In this document: in pieces, positions 10,175 through 19,511 of the stretch
How positions within the stretch are numbered: position 1 is the first letter of the stretch
How the letters are laid out: every line of letters begins with the position of its first letter
Source: a bacterium
GTDB lineage: Bacteria > Electryoneota > Electryoneia > Electryoneales > Electryoneaceae
Assembly: GCA_963669175.1 (NCBI GenBank)
Contig: OY769902.1
Location: 3,200,001 to 3,264,000 of the forward strand
DNA: 64,000 nt
Direction of reading: 5' to 3'
Position numbers and translations under genes: made by a program
Notes under the pieces: generated by a model
Seen by the model: the letters and a program-made list of their open reading frames with translations, nothing else
What the model was told of the DNA's origin: nothing
Databases searched by the model: none

Positions 10175-10866
10175 GTTCTGAAGATATCACACAGAATCCA
10201 CAGGAACGCTTTGGCGATATCTGGCTGGAAGACGCCAGTTTTCCCGCTGTGTTGCCGCGATCTACCGAAGAAGTCATGAGTGTGATCGATTGGGCGCGTC
10301 AGAGCGGTTGGCGAGTGCTTCCTGTGGGGCGTGGTCATCATTTCCCCTCCAGTTTTTCAGTTCCCAATTCCGTATTGACAGTCGTTACACTGGCTCGTGA
10401 TGGTGTATCCGATCCCGATCCGCGAGACCTGGTGCTTGAAGCTGAAACAGGTGTTCCCGCAAACCTGGCAAAAGAGCTTGCTGCGCAGGCTGGATTTCGG
10501 CTGGAGGGATGGCCTGAAGACTATCCTGGAACGGTTGGCGGGGTATTATGTGGCGAGAAAGGAGTATCACTGCGTCACCTGGTTCTCGGGGCAGACATTG
10601 TGGATGGACGTGCTCGTTGTCTTCGGTTTGGCGGACGTGTACGGAAAAATGTCGCAGGCTTTGACGTGGGAGGGTTGCTGCTGGGAAGCCGTGGGCGCAT
10701 GGCCTGGCTGGATCGTGTCTATCTCAAGCTGACTCCACTGAAAGCCCCGTCAACAGCATACCGTCCGTCTTCATTGCGTACATCGCCGGAGCAGGGAACT
10801 GACAGGGAACTTGCTGTGGCAAATGCGATGGATCCTGATCAAGTGTTTCTGAAGACATTCGCCTGA
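10171..10866 (+). CDS. short FAD-binding PCMH-type oxidoreductase (GlcE-like)
   Basis: GGRVRKNVAGFD...LLGSRG motif, GTVGG, C-terminal AMDPDQVF; only 231 aa. Confidence 0.7.
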   Translation: MSSEDITQNPQERFGDIWLEDASFPAVLPRSTEEVMSVIDWARQSGWRVLPVGRGHHFPSSFSVPNSVLTVVTLARDGVSDPDPRDLVLEAETGVPANLAKELAAQAGFRLEGWPEDYPGTVGGVLCGEKGVSLRHLVLGADIVDGRARCLRFGGRVRKNVAGFDVGGLLLGSRGRMAWLDRVYLKLTPLKAPSTAYRPSSLRTSPEQGTDRELAVANAMDPDQVFLKTFA

Positions 10867-10874
10867 GGGCTGAA

Positions 10875-13800
10875 ATGTCACGGAAACAGTGGATAGTTCT
10901 ACTCGCAACCATACTGCTGACATTCTCCACAGCAGTATTTCTCGTTATTCACTACCTGAACGATTCCCATTTTATCAGGAACCGAATACTGGAATTGACA
11001 GGTCAGCTTCCAGGCGAACTTGTTATTGATGACGCTGTTTTCCGGCTATCAACTTTTACAGTACATGGGCTGCATTATACCAGCCATGATTCCAGTATTG
11101 TGGCTGATATCGCGGAAATACGGCTATTATTGTATTACCCGAATCTTTTACAGCGTCCGGTAAAACTTCAGCGACTGGTGCGTGAAGTTTCTCTCCTGGA
11201 ACCGAGTATAGCAGTAAGGCTTGGTGGGGGGGAGGCAGCAGTTGGCGATACATCTGGGACGGTTAATGATACAAGCGGGACAATCACGAGCTTTGCTGAT
11301 CTGGATCATCTTGAACAGCTTTATATCCAGGATGGGCGAATAAGTGTTGTTGCTGGCGGCGGCAGCGAGATTGCTTCCTTGTCGAACCTGGATTCATGGA
11401 TTCACTCTGCCGACCTGGAAAATACGACCTTTGGTGTTTCCGGGATGGCCAATGACGATTCAACAGCGGTATTTTCGCTGTCCGGCACGACCAACCTGAT
11501 TGACTTGCAAGCGTCTATCGAAGTTTCCCTGGATACTCTGGATTTCGAAACGATAACGATTCCAGTGAAAGACGTGTATGATGTTGAGGGCGAACTCGCA
11601 TTTCAGGCAAACCTGGATTGGGACAGGGGCGGATGGTCGGGAAATGGAGAGTTCCACCTGGAAAAGGGAGCGCTCAAAATTCTTGGCGGTCCCGTTATTG
11701 ACAGAATTGAGTTCAATTCCGAACTGAAAGACCAGGATGTTACGGGGTCGGGCAAGTGTCATCTTGAAGGTGACCTGATATCATTTGATGGCTATATGAC
11801 ATTGCGTGATCCCATTCAGGCTGAAGTCTTCGGACATGCGGCAAAAGGGATTCTGGGAAAATATCTCATTAAATTTGCAGAGCTTAAACCACATGAAGCG
11901 CCAATTGGCAGTATGGATGTTGACGCGCACCTGTTGTGGAAACCGTCCCAGGGCATTTTTCAGCCGACAGCTCATGCCACCTCAGATTCCATGATGATCG
12001 TGATCGGTCCGGTACGTGATATCAGCGCGGATGTCGAATGGCGTCAGGATAATCACCGGATGTATTTCAGGAATGTAAACGCTACCTGGTTCGGCATGGA
12101 TGTTAATGGATCAGGTGTCTGGCGGCCTACAGAACGGAAACGGTTTGATACAGATTTGCGTGTCAATGGCCTGGTTGATCCTGCCGGACTGCCGCCAATC
12201 GCCAAACACTTGAACTTGATTCATCCCGATGTCGCAGTCGATATCAGTATGCGTGTACCCGGACGTGGGTGGTTGATTACGGGGGATGGACGAGTTACAT
12301 CGACAGGCTCCAGCGACATTGCTGATTTTAAAGGCTGGTATACGAAAGACGGGCTTGAGGCTGAACTTGAACTGTATTCACAGCCGCAATTCGGGAAGGT
12401 TCATGTAACCCATAATGTACACAAATCATACAAGTGGGAGGTGGAAGGACCACAATTCCTGGCAGAATGGTACAGCCCGGATATCGCATTCTCCGGCTTC
12501 TTGAAGGAACTGCGCGTCAAAGGCAATATTGATGTACTGGACAAGCATTATTCTTCGAATATCAGGATTGAGCACCCGGATAGCCGCACTAGTCTTGCCT
12601 TGTTCGGTATGTTGCGCGAATCAAATGGTTCCGATTTCAATGGACTGTTCAGTTACAACCTGAATCGGGGAAAAACAGCTATTGGAAATGGTGACTTTGA
12701 CGTGAGCTATCAGAATAATATATTGCGAGTTGAAGCACTAAAATTCAAGGATTACATTCATGCACATGGTGGCTACAATTTCACGACTGGCATGTTTGAT
12801 TCCACCATCATCCAGATAACCGATCTTGACCTGCACGATGTTGTGAGCCGGGCTACCTTGAGGTCCGTTGATAATGTTGCCGGTCAGATTGATGGCAAGG
12901 TTACTTTTATCGGATCAATGAAAAAGCCGGTGTTGTTTGCAGAGCTGGAATTACGTGATGGCAGTGTCGGTAACTTGAATGGCTACTGGGCTCTTTTGTC
13001 AGCTTCAACCGATACAAGCGGTGACCTGCGAATTAGGCGTGGTGAATTCGGAAAGGCTGAAGCTGCATTGATCAGTATTTCGGGCGGGTATAACATCCCT
13101 GCCGATTCGTTGCATGCAAACCTGAAAACCATGAATCGGAATGCTTCAGTCCTCAGCGATGGCATTCTTGGCGATCCTGCCTTGTTGAAGGGGGATTTGA
13201 ATATTGACGTAGCTTTTTCGGGGCAACTGGATCTGCCTGCCTGGCATTCACGCATCTTCTGGGAAAATGCTGAAGTTGCCGGAATACTGTTTGATACCAT
13301 TCGTGTAGATTTGAGCGGCAGCACCAACCGGCGGTTGGGGCATGTTGTCCGGATCAGGGAATGCGAAATGGTGAAAACGAACGATTACTCTTTCCAGATG
13401 GCTGGCGCTGTCCCAATCGGACAGAGCGCCGGTCTGGTGTCAATGAATCTGAAAGGTAATGTTCTCAAGGTTTTACCGCAAATTACGCCGTTTATTCTGG
13501 AAGGGGATGGGCAGGGGGAGATCGCTACAACATGGACTGTCGTTGGTGGAGAACAATTTATCATTGGTGAGTCTATACTGTCAATTAAAGACGGATTTCT
13601 ACGATTCGATGATGTTTTGAGACCTGTTGATAAACTGCACGTGGACTTGTCTATTGATCAGGAAGGAGCTTTATCAATTGACAGTCTGACAGGTGTTTTC
13701 AACGAAACAACACTTTTCGAGATCAGAAATTTAAAATCCGGCGAAGGAAAACCAAACCCGGATTGGCATCCTATTCTCATCAATGACATTGGTTTGGATA

Positions 13801-15449
13801 TTGGAATTCTGCAGTTGCATACGCGCGGTGAGACTGGTCTTCCTATCCGGATTCCAGGTGTGAATCCACGCGGTGAATATTTTTCTCTCTCTATCCAGGG
13901 GAAGCATGCGGAGAGGCGCAGCCAGGGATTTTTTGAATCTCTATTCCAGGTTGGTCAGGGAGTAGATATTGCAGAAAATCAAACACAAAACCCGGCAATA
14001 GTGGAAGACAGCTCGCTGGTTGAGGAACAGAAAGACGCCGGGAACTGGTTTTATATTTCCGGTCCGCCAGCCCACAAGCCAATACTGATGCCGCTTGAGG
14101 AGATCGAGAAAGAAGAGCCCCAGGGGATAGCGGCAGATCAGAATTCACAATTTTTACAGGACTCGTTGTCCGGAGAAAGCACGAAGAATGCCACGGTGGC
14201 TTTGACGACACGAGAGTCATTAAAGGCTCAACTTAAAACTACTGACGAGTTCAGGCGTTTCATATCTGACGTACGTACTTCTCTCGGCACAAGTGGGAGA
14301 AATGCGGTAAAAGATACAGTGAACACGGAATCAGAGGCAGGCCTCTTGTTCAGCGGCGCCATGGTTGTGTCGGATTTCCGGGGAACATTCCCGGCGCAGG
14401 CAGAGGGGCCGGTTAAACCTGATCGCAGACCGGATGTTGTTGAGAGGATTCTACTGGCTGCACGTTGGAATGTTGATGCCTATGTAAGCCAGAATGTAAC
14501 GTATATTCGTGATATTATAGGATTAAAGGATTCTGAATATCTTGAAGAATTTCAAGGATTTATTGACAGAATCAGTGTTGAAGCGCGTATAGATCCGACA
14601 GCGCCGGGATCGCCAGTACAGGTCAGTGGCTCAGCGGGAGATAATACGCTACGGTTACTTGGCAACCTCCGTTCGACATCCGGAACCGTAGATTTTCTGG
14701 ATCAGACTTTTCAGGTCGAAACGGTTGAACTGGAGTTCGATCGTTCTGATGTGAACCCGGTTGTCAGTGGTCGGGCAACAGTGGAGGTTCTTGACCGCCT
14801 GGGATTTCCGCAAACTTATTACCTGACAATGTTTGTAAAGGATCTGGAGACCGGTCAGAAGACGCGACGTGGTCGTTGGGGGGATTTAACCTTCGGTCTG
14901 GAAGATGATCTCGGTTCGACACAGGAAGCTATTCTTGATTCCATGGGATTTTCTGCAAGAAGTTTCCAGGAAGATGGACGACTTGAAGAACTGGGTGGAA
15001 CCCTGATTGAGCGTGAGCTGATGAGACGTTGGCTACGGCCGGTGGAGAGGGATGTGGCTCGTTTTCTGGGGCTCAGTCACGTTCGGTTCGATCCCATGTT
15101 GACCCAGAATCTTTTCTCTTCACCCAACGCGGAAGATCTGTGGACGCAAACGAATATCAATTCAGAAGTCACTATGATGCAGCGCTATTCCGGTGGAACA
15201 AGGTTGACGCTGGGAAAGTATGTTACGAGGGATCTTTATCTTAGCTACACAGGGCAAATTGGCAGGGAGATCGACTATGAAGATCCGACAGCTCAGGGAC
15301 GCCGAGGCTATTTACAGACATGGACGGCTACCTATCGGATGAGTCGGATTTCTCCCAATCTCGTTCTGGATGGACGCTGGGAATATGACAACCTGGAGAA
15401 ACTGGACAACAGATCTATCCGGGTAAAGTATAATTTCAGTGTTGAATAA
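10875..15449 (+). CDS. AsmA/TamB-like large periplasm-spanning protein
   Basis: 1524 aa, N-terminal TM anchor, beta-strand-rich, C-terminal RLTLGKYVTRDLYLSY and VKYNF as in TamB; directly upstream of bamA. Confidence 0.72.
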   Translation: MSRKQWIVLLATILLTFSTAVFLVIHYLNDSHFIRNRILELTGQLPGELVIDDAVFRLSTFTVHGLHYTSHDSSIVADIAEIRLLLYYPNLLQRPVKLQRLVREVSLLEPSIAVRLGGGEAAVGDTSGTVNDTSGTITSFADLDHLEQLYIQDGRISVVAGGGSEIASLSNLDSWIHSADLENTTFGVSGMANDDSTAVFSLSGTTNLIDLQASIEVSLDTLDFETITIPVKDVYDVEGELAFQANLDWDRGGWSGNGEFHLEKGALKILGGPVIDRIEFNSELKDQDVTGSGKCHLEGDLISFDGYMTLRDPIQAEVFGHAAKGILGKYLIKFAELKPHEAPIGSMDVDAHLLWKPSQGIFQPTAHATSDSMMIVIGPVRDISADVEWRQDNHRMYFRNVNATWFGMDVNGSGVWRPTERKRFDTDLRVNGLVDPAGLPPIAKHLNLIHPDVAVDISMRVPGRGWLITGDGRVTSTGSSDIADFKGWYTKDGLEAELELYSQPQFGKVHVTHNVHKSYKWEVEGPQFLAEWYSPDIAFSGFLKELRVKGNIDVLDKHYSSNIRIEHPDSRTSLALFGMLRESNGSDFNGLFSYNLNRGKTAIGNGDFDVSYQNNILRVEALKFKDYIHAHGGYNFTTGMFDSTIIQITDLDLHDVVSRATLRSVDNVAGQIDGKVTFIGSMKKPVLFAELELRDGSVGNLNGYWALLSASTDTSGDLRIRRGEFGKAEAALISISGGYNIPADSLHANLKTMNRNASVLSDGILGDPALLKGDLNIDVAFSGQLDLPAWHSRIFWENAEVAGILFDTIRVDLSGSTNRRLGHVVRIRECEMVKTNDYSFQMAGAVPIGQSAGLVSMNLKGNVLKVLPQITPFILEGDGQGEIATTWTVVGGEQFIIGESILSIKDGFLRFDDVLRPVDKLHVDLSIDQEGALSIDSLTGVFNETTLFEIRNLKSGEGKPNPDWHPILINDIGLDIGILQLHTRGETGLPIRIPGVNPRGEYFSLSIQGKHAERRSQGFFESLFQVGQGVDIAENQTQNPAIVEDSSLVEEQKDAGNWFYISGPPAHKPILMPLEEIEKEEPQGIAADQNSQFLQDSLSGESTKNATVALTTRESLKAQLKTTDEFRRFISDVRTSLGTSGRNAVKDTVNTESEAGLLFSGAMVVSDFRGTFPAQAEGPVKPDRRPDVVERILLAARWNVDAYVSQNVTYIRDIIGLKDSEYLEEFQGFIDRISVEARIDPTAPGSPVQVSGSAGDNTLRLLGNLRSTSGTVDFLDQTFQVETVELEFDRSDVNPVVSGRATVEVLDRLGFPQTYYLTMFVKDLETGQKTRRGRWGDLTFGLEDDLGSTQEAILDSMGFSARSFQEDGRLEELGGTLIERELMRRWLRPVERDVARFLGLSHVRFDPMLTQNLFSSPNAEDLWTQTNINSEVTMMQRYSGGTRLTLGKYVTRDLYLSYTGQIGREIDYEDPTAQGRRGYLQTWTATYRMSRISPNLVLDGRWEYDNLEKLDNRSIRVKYNFSVE

Positions 15450-15470
15450 CGGGTTTTATGGAGCCTTGCG

Positions 15471-15495
15471 GGAACACATTTTTGGGAAAGACGTT
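15471..15495 (+). promoter_or_regulatory. candidate ECF sigma promoter for bamA-skp-lpx
   Basis: GGAAC-N16-CGTT in the intergenic gap before bamA. Confidence 0.4.
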
Positions 15496-15604
15496 CAGTA
15501 GACAATACATTCGCGGGATTGCTTCAGAGAGTTTTTGCACTCTTTACTTTGCTGGGGTCGCTCCGTAACTTCACAAATTCCAGTTTTCACGGTTAAAACG
15601 GCTT

Positions 15605-17944
15605 ATGTGGCTACAAAAAAAACACTCCTTTGTATTTGTATTTCTTGCGCTTTCACTGGTGTTCTTGAATGCGGCGCCGGTGTCTGCTCAACAACCCCAG
15701 GGGATTCAGGTCCTGGGTGTGCGTGTTGAAGGCGCAATCACCGCTGATCCCGGATTGGTCATCGCCAATTCAGGCCTGGTTGTTGGCCGGGAGATCATGG
15801 GTGAGGATATTCAGCAGGCGATCAAACGGATCTGGGCGCTCAAGTTGTTCAGGAATGTGGAAATCCTGATCGAACGTGAAGTCGCTGACGGCGCCTTTTT
15901 CCTGATTCGAGTCGAAGAGTATCCTCGTCTTGAAACCGTGAAAGTCGAAGGAAACAAAAAGCTGAAGCGTCGCGAGATTGAGGATATGCTGGACCTGTAT
16001 AAAGGCCAGGTGCTTCGTCCTGCGAGAATAACGAGCTCAATCGAGAAGCTGAAGGACAAATACGCGGAAAAGGGATACCTGCTTGCAGAAATCGAATACG
16101 AGGTGTTTGATACTGAGCAGGATACAATGCAGAAAGGGCTTCGGATAGTAATCAAAGAAGGGAAGAAAGTCCGGATTAAAGAGATTGAGTTTTATGGAAA
16201 CGAAGCATTCACAGACAAAAAACTGCGTGGCACATTTGATAAAACCAAGCGGAAAAGCCTTTTCCGCAGCGGTTCCTATGATCCGGTCGAATTTGAGATG
16301 GACCTTGACCTGTTGATCGCTTTTTATCACAATCATGGCTACCGTGATGCCCATGTTGTTTCAGACTCCATATCCTATACGGATGATCTGAAACGCATGA
16401 TTCTCCATATCACCGTGGAAGAAGGGACGCAGTATAAATTCGGCGACATCAGTTTCGAAGGGAATACGCTTTTCTCAAATGATGAACTGATGGCGCAGCT
16501 TGCTTTCAAGCCGGGGGATATTTACAGCGAAGAAGAATTGAACTTCACCGCTTCCGAAAGACTTGGAAGTTTGTATTATGATAAAGGCTATATATATTCT
16601 CAGATAGAGCCGATTCTTACACCAGTGGGTGAAGATACGGTTAATGTTCATTTCAGCGTTCGGGAAGGAAACCAGTTCAAGGTTCGCCAGATTCATATCA
16701 TCGGAAATGACCGAACCAAGGAGAAGGTCATTCGTCGTGAAATGGTGTTGTACCCGGGCGAGACTTTTGATGTTTCCAAGCTGCGTCGTAGTGTGCGTGA
16801 AATTACCATCCTGAACTATTTCGGCAACATTATTCCTGATGTTCAGCCTGTAAGCGACAATGAAGTTGACCTGTATATGGAAGTCGAAGAGAAACCGACA
16901 GACCAGGCCAACCTTGCGGCAGGTTATAGCGAGCTGGATGGTATGATCGGTTCTGTAGGCTTTACCATGCCGAACCTGTTTGGCAGCGGGCAGTCATTCA
17001 GCCTGGACTGGAACTTCGGGCAGGTCTACAGAAGCTTCTCCATCAGTTATACCGAACCCTGGGTCTTTGATACGCCGACGCTGGCGGGTGTCAGCCTTTA
17101 TGATATCCGTCGCGGTGGCACATACTATGGGTTTGATGAACATGTCATTGGCGCCAGTTTCCGTGTAGGTCGCCGGTTCCGTTGGCCTGATGACTATTTC
17201 CGTGGTGACTGGATTTACCGAATTGAACGTGACTTGTACGACAACTTCACGGACTCATTTAAAGAATACAATATTCAGTCGTTACAGGAAGGCATTCCTC
17301 GTTTCAGCAGTTCACTGACCACGATTATATCACGGGATAGCCGTGATAATGCGGAATTTCCATCACGAGGTAGTGTACATTCCTATTCAATCGAACTGGC
17401 AGGCAGTGTGCTTGGCGGGGATGACCAGTTTGTGAAGCAGATCGGCAGTTCCGAATGGTATTTCCCGCTGGTAAGCAGGTTGGTGCTTTATTCATCCAGT
17501 AAATTCGGCATTATTCATCCATTGACAAATAATCCTGGCGATATTCCCTACATTGATTTCTTCTTCATGGGGGGGAGCGGTTTGAGCTACGGTGAGCCGC
17601 TGCGTGGGTACGAAGATCGTGCTGTCGGTCCACGCACGACTGTCGGTGGCTATTCTGTGGGCGGCAAGACATTATTCAAACAAAGCCTGGAATTGCGTGT
17701 TCCCATCATTGACAATCCCACAGTCTTTATATTAAGCTTTGTAGATGCTGGAAATACGTGGCTTACGCCGGCGGAAACCAATCTTAGTGATCTTCGTCGA
17801 TCAGCCGGTGTAGGCGTAAGGTTGTACATGCCGTTTATAGGTCTGATTGGTCTCGACTACGGGTATGGATTTGACTATTCAGCCGCTGACGGAACACGCA
17901 AGGGAGAGTGGGTGCCCCACTTCCAGTTTGGACGGACATTCTAA
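15605..17944 (+). CDS. bamA: outer membrane protein assembly factor BamA
   Basis: signal peptide, POTRA repeats, LRGY loop motif, C-terminal FQFGRTF. Confidence 0.95.
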   Translation: MWLQKKHSFVFVFLALSLVFLNAAPVSAQQPQGIQVLGVRVEGAITADPGLVIANSGLVVGREIMGEDIQQAIKRIWALKLFRNVEILIEREVADGAFFLIRVEEYPRLETVKVEGNKKLKRREIEDMLDLYKGQVLRPARITSSIEKLKDKYAEKGYLLAEIEYEVFDTEQDTMQKGLRIVIKEGKKVRIKEIEFYGNEAFTDKKLRGTFDKTKRKSLFRSGSYDPVEFEMDLDLLIAFYHNHGYRDAHVVSDSISYTDDLKRMILHITVEEGTQYKFGDISFEGNTLFSNDELMAQLAFKPGDIYSEEELNFTASERLGSLYYDKGYIYSQIEPILTPVGEDTVNVHFSVREGNQFKVRQIHIIGNDRTKEKVIRREMVLYPGETFDVSKLRRSVREITILNYFGNIIPDVQPVSDNEVDLYMEVEEKPTDQANLAAGYSELDGMIGSVGFTMPNLFGSGQSFSLDWNFGQVYRSFSISYTEPWVFDTPTLAGVSLYDIRRGGTYYGFDEHVIGASFRVGRRFRWPDDYFRGDWIYRIERDLYDNFTDSFKEYNIQSLQEGIPRFSSSLTTIISRDSRDNAEFPSRGSVHSYSIELAGSVLGGDDQFVKQIGSSEWYFPLVSRLVLYSSSKFGIIHPLTNNPGDIPYIDFFFMGGSGLSYGEPLRGYEDRAVGPRTTVGGYSVGGKTLFKQSLELRVPIIDNPTVFILSFVDAGNTWLTPAETNLSDLRRSAGVGVRLYMPFIGLIGLDYGYGFDYSAADGTRKGEWVPHFQFGRTF

Positions 17945-17971
17945 CAGTTTCGGGTAGAGGGAGTGATAAAG

Positions 17972-18478
17972 ATGAAACGATTAACCCTGGTTCTTTCGGG
18001 AATACTGATTCTGGCAGTTGCCAGTTTCGCCAAGGATTTTCGCGTTGGGATCATTGTTTCCTCGCGTATCATGGAGGAATATACAGAAGCTGTTGATGCG
18101 CAGCAGATTCTGACAGACGAGATTGCTGAATGGCAGCGTCAGGCGCAGGATATGGAAACGGAGATCATGGCGCTGGAAGAAGAGTATCAGCAGCTTGCCC
18201 TGGTGCTTTCAGAAGAGAAGAAAGCCCAGAAAGAAGAAGAACTTACCCGGAAATATCAGGAATACCGTCAATACCAGGCCAGTCTTGAGCAGAAAGCCTA
18301 CCAGCGAAACCAGGAACTGTTCAAACCGATCAATGAAAAGGTGCAAACGATCATTGACCGGATCGCCCAGGAGCAGGGATTCGATATCATCCTTGATGCT
18401 GTCGGCTCCAATATCGCGTATGCGGACCCGCAACTGGATATTACTGAACAAGTCTTGGCGGAGCTTAAAAAACAATGA
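17972..18478 (+). CDS. skp: Skp/OmpH periplasmic chaperone
   Basis: signal peptide, coiled coil, GFDIILD...YADPQLDITEQVL; lies between bamA and lpxD (alternative GTG start 17963). Confidence 0.9.
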   Translation: MKRLTLVLSGILILAVASFAKDFRVGIIVSSRIMEEYTEAVDAQQILTDEIAEWQRQAQDMETEIMALEEEYQQLALVLSEEKKAQKEEELTRKYQEYRQYQASLEQKAYQRNQELFKPINEKVQTIIDRIAQEQGFDIILDAVGSNIAYADPQLDITEQVLAELKKQ

Positions 18479-19497
18479 TCTTCACAACTGCTCAGCTTGC
18501 TGAATTGATCGGTGCAGAGTTGGTTGGTGATGAGGCAAAGGGAATCTCCGGGGTTGCCAGAATTGAAGAGGCTGGTCCTGAAGATGTTACTTTCCTGGCG
18601 AATCCAGCTTATGCAAAATTTCTCGAGACCACCCATGCAGGTGCAGTGATTCTCATGGAAAAAATGGAATTCTGCAAAGCCGTGCAGATTGTCACACCTG
18701 AACCCTATGTTGGTTTCCTGAAAGCTTTAACAGCTTTTCACCCACCTGAACCGAAACCGGAACCGGGTATTCATCCCACCGCTGTTGTGGCAGACAATGT
18801 CGAGATCGGTGAAGGTGTCTATGTCGGTCCATATTGTGTGATTGAAGATGGGGTGAAGCTGGGCAATAATGTGCAGTTGCGAGGTCATGCCTTTATCAGC
18901 CGCAATGTTACGATTGGAAACGATACATTGTTGTACAGCCACGTTTCCATCCGTGAAGGGTGCCGTATCGGAGATCGTGTCATCCTGCAAAATGGCGCCA
19001 AAATTGGATCTGACGGTTTCGGTTTTGCCCCGCAGGATATGGCATACCTGAAGATACCGCAGGTTGGTATTGTTGTGGTCGAAGACGATGTCGAAATTGG
19101 CGCAAATACTACCATTGATCGTGCAACGCTGGGAGAAACAAGAATCAGGCGGGGTGCGAAAATTGATAACCTGGTGCAGATCGCGCATGGTGTAGAAGTT
19201 GGAGAGAATACGGTTATCGCTGCGCAATCTGGCGTTTCCGGGAGTACGAAGATCGGCGCAAACTCCATGCTGGGTGGACAAGTTGGAGTTTCCGGTCACC
19301 TGCGTCTCAGTGAAGGCGTGAAAATAGCAGCACAGACCGGTGTACACAAAGACCCCGGTCCGGGACAGATCATCGGTGGATATCCGGCACGGGATATTCA
19401 GCAGTGGAGACGTATTGAAGCTTCATTGTCTCGTCTTCCGGATATGGTCAGGAAAATGCGTAAGGTTGAGAAAAAATTGGGGTTGGATGAGGATTAG
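18475..19497 (+). CDS. lpxD: UDP-3-O-acylglucosamine N-acyltransferase
   Basis: hexapeptide repeats, IGSDGFGF, KIPQVG, KIDNLVQIAH. Confidence 0.96.
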   Translation: MIFTTAQLAELIGAELVGDEAKGISGVARIEEAGPEDVTFLANPAYAKFLETTHAGAVILMEKMEFCKAVQIVTPEPYVGFLKALTAFHPPEPKPEPGIHPTAVVADNVEIGEGVYVGPYCVIEDGVKLGNNVQLRGHAFISRNVTIGNDTLLYSHVSIREGCRIGDRVILQNGAKIGSDGFGFAPQDMAYLKIPQVGIVVVEDDVEIGANTTIDRATLGETRIRRGAKIDNLVQIAHGVEVGENTVIAAQSGVSGSTKIGANSMLGGQVGVSGHLRLSEGVKIAAQTGVHKDPGPGQIIGGYPARDIQQWRRIEASLSRLPDMVRKMRKVEKKLGLDED

Positions 19498-19511
19498 GGC
19501 GAAGAGGGAAC

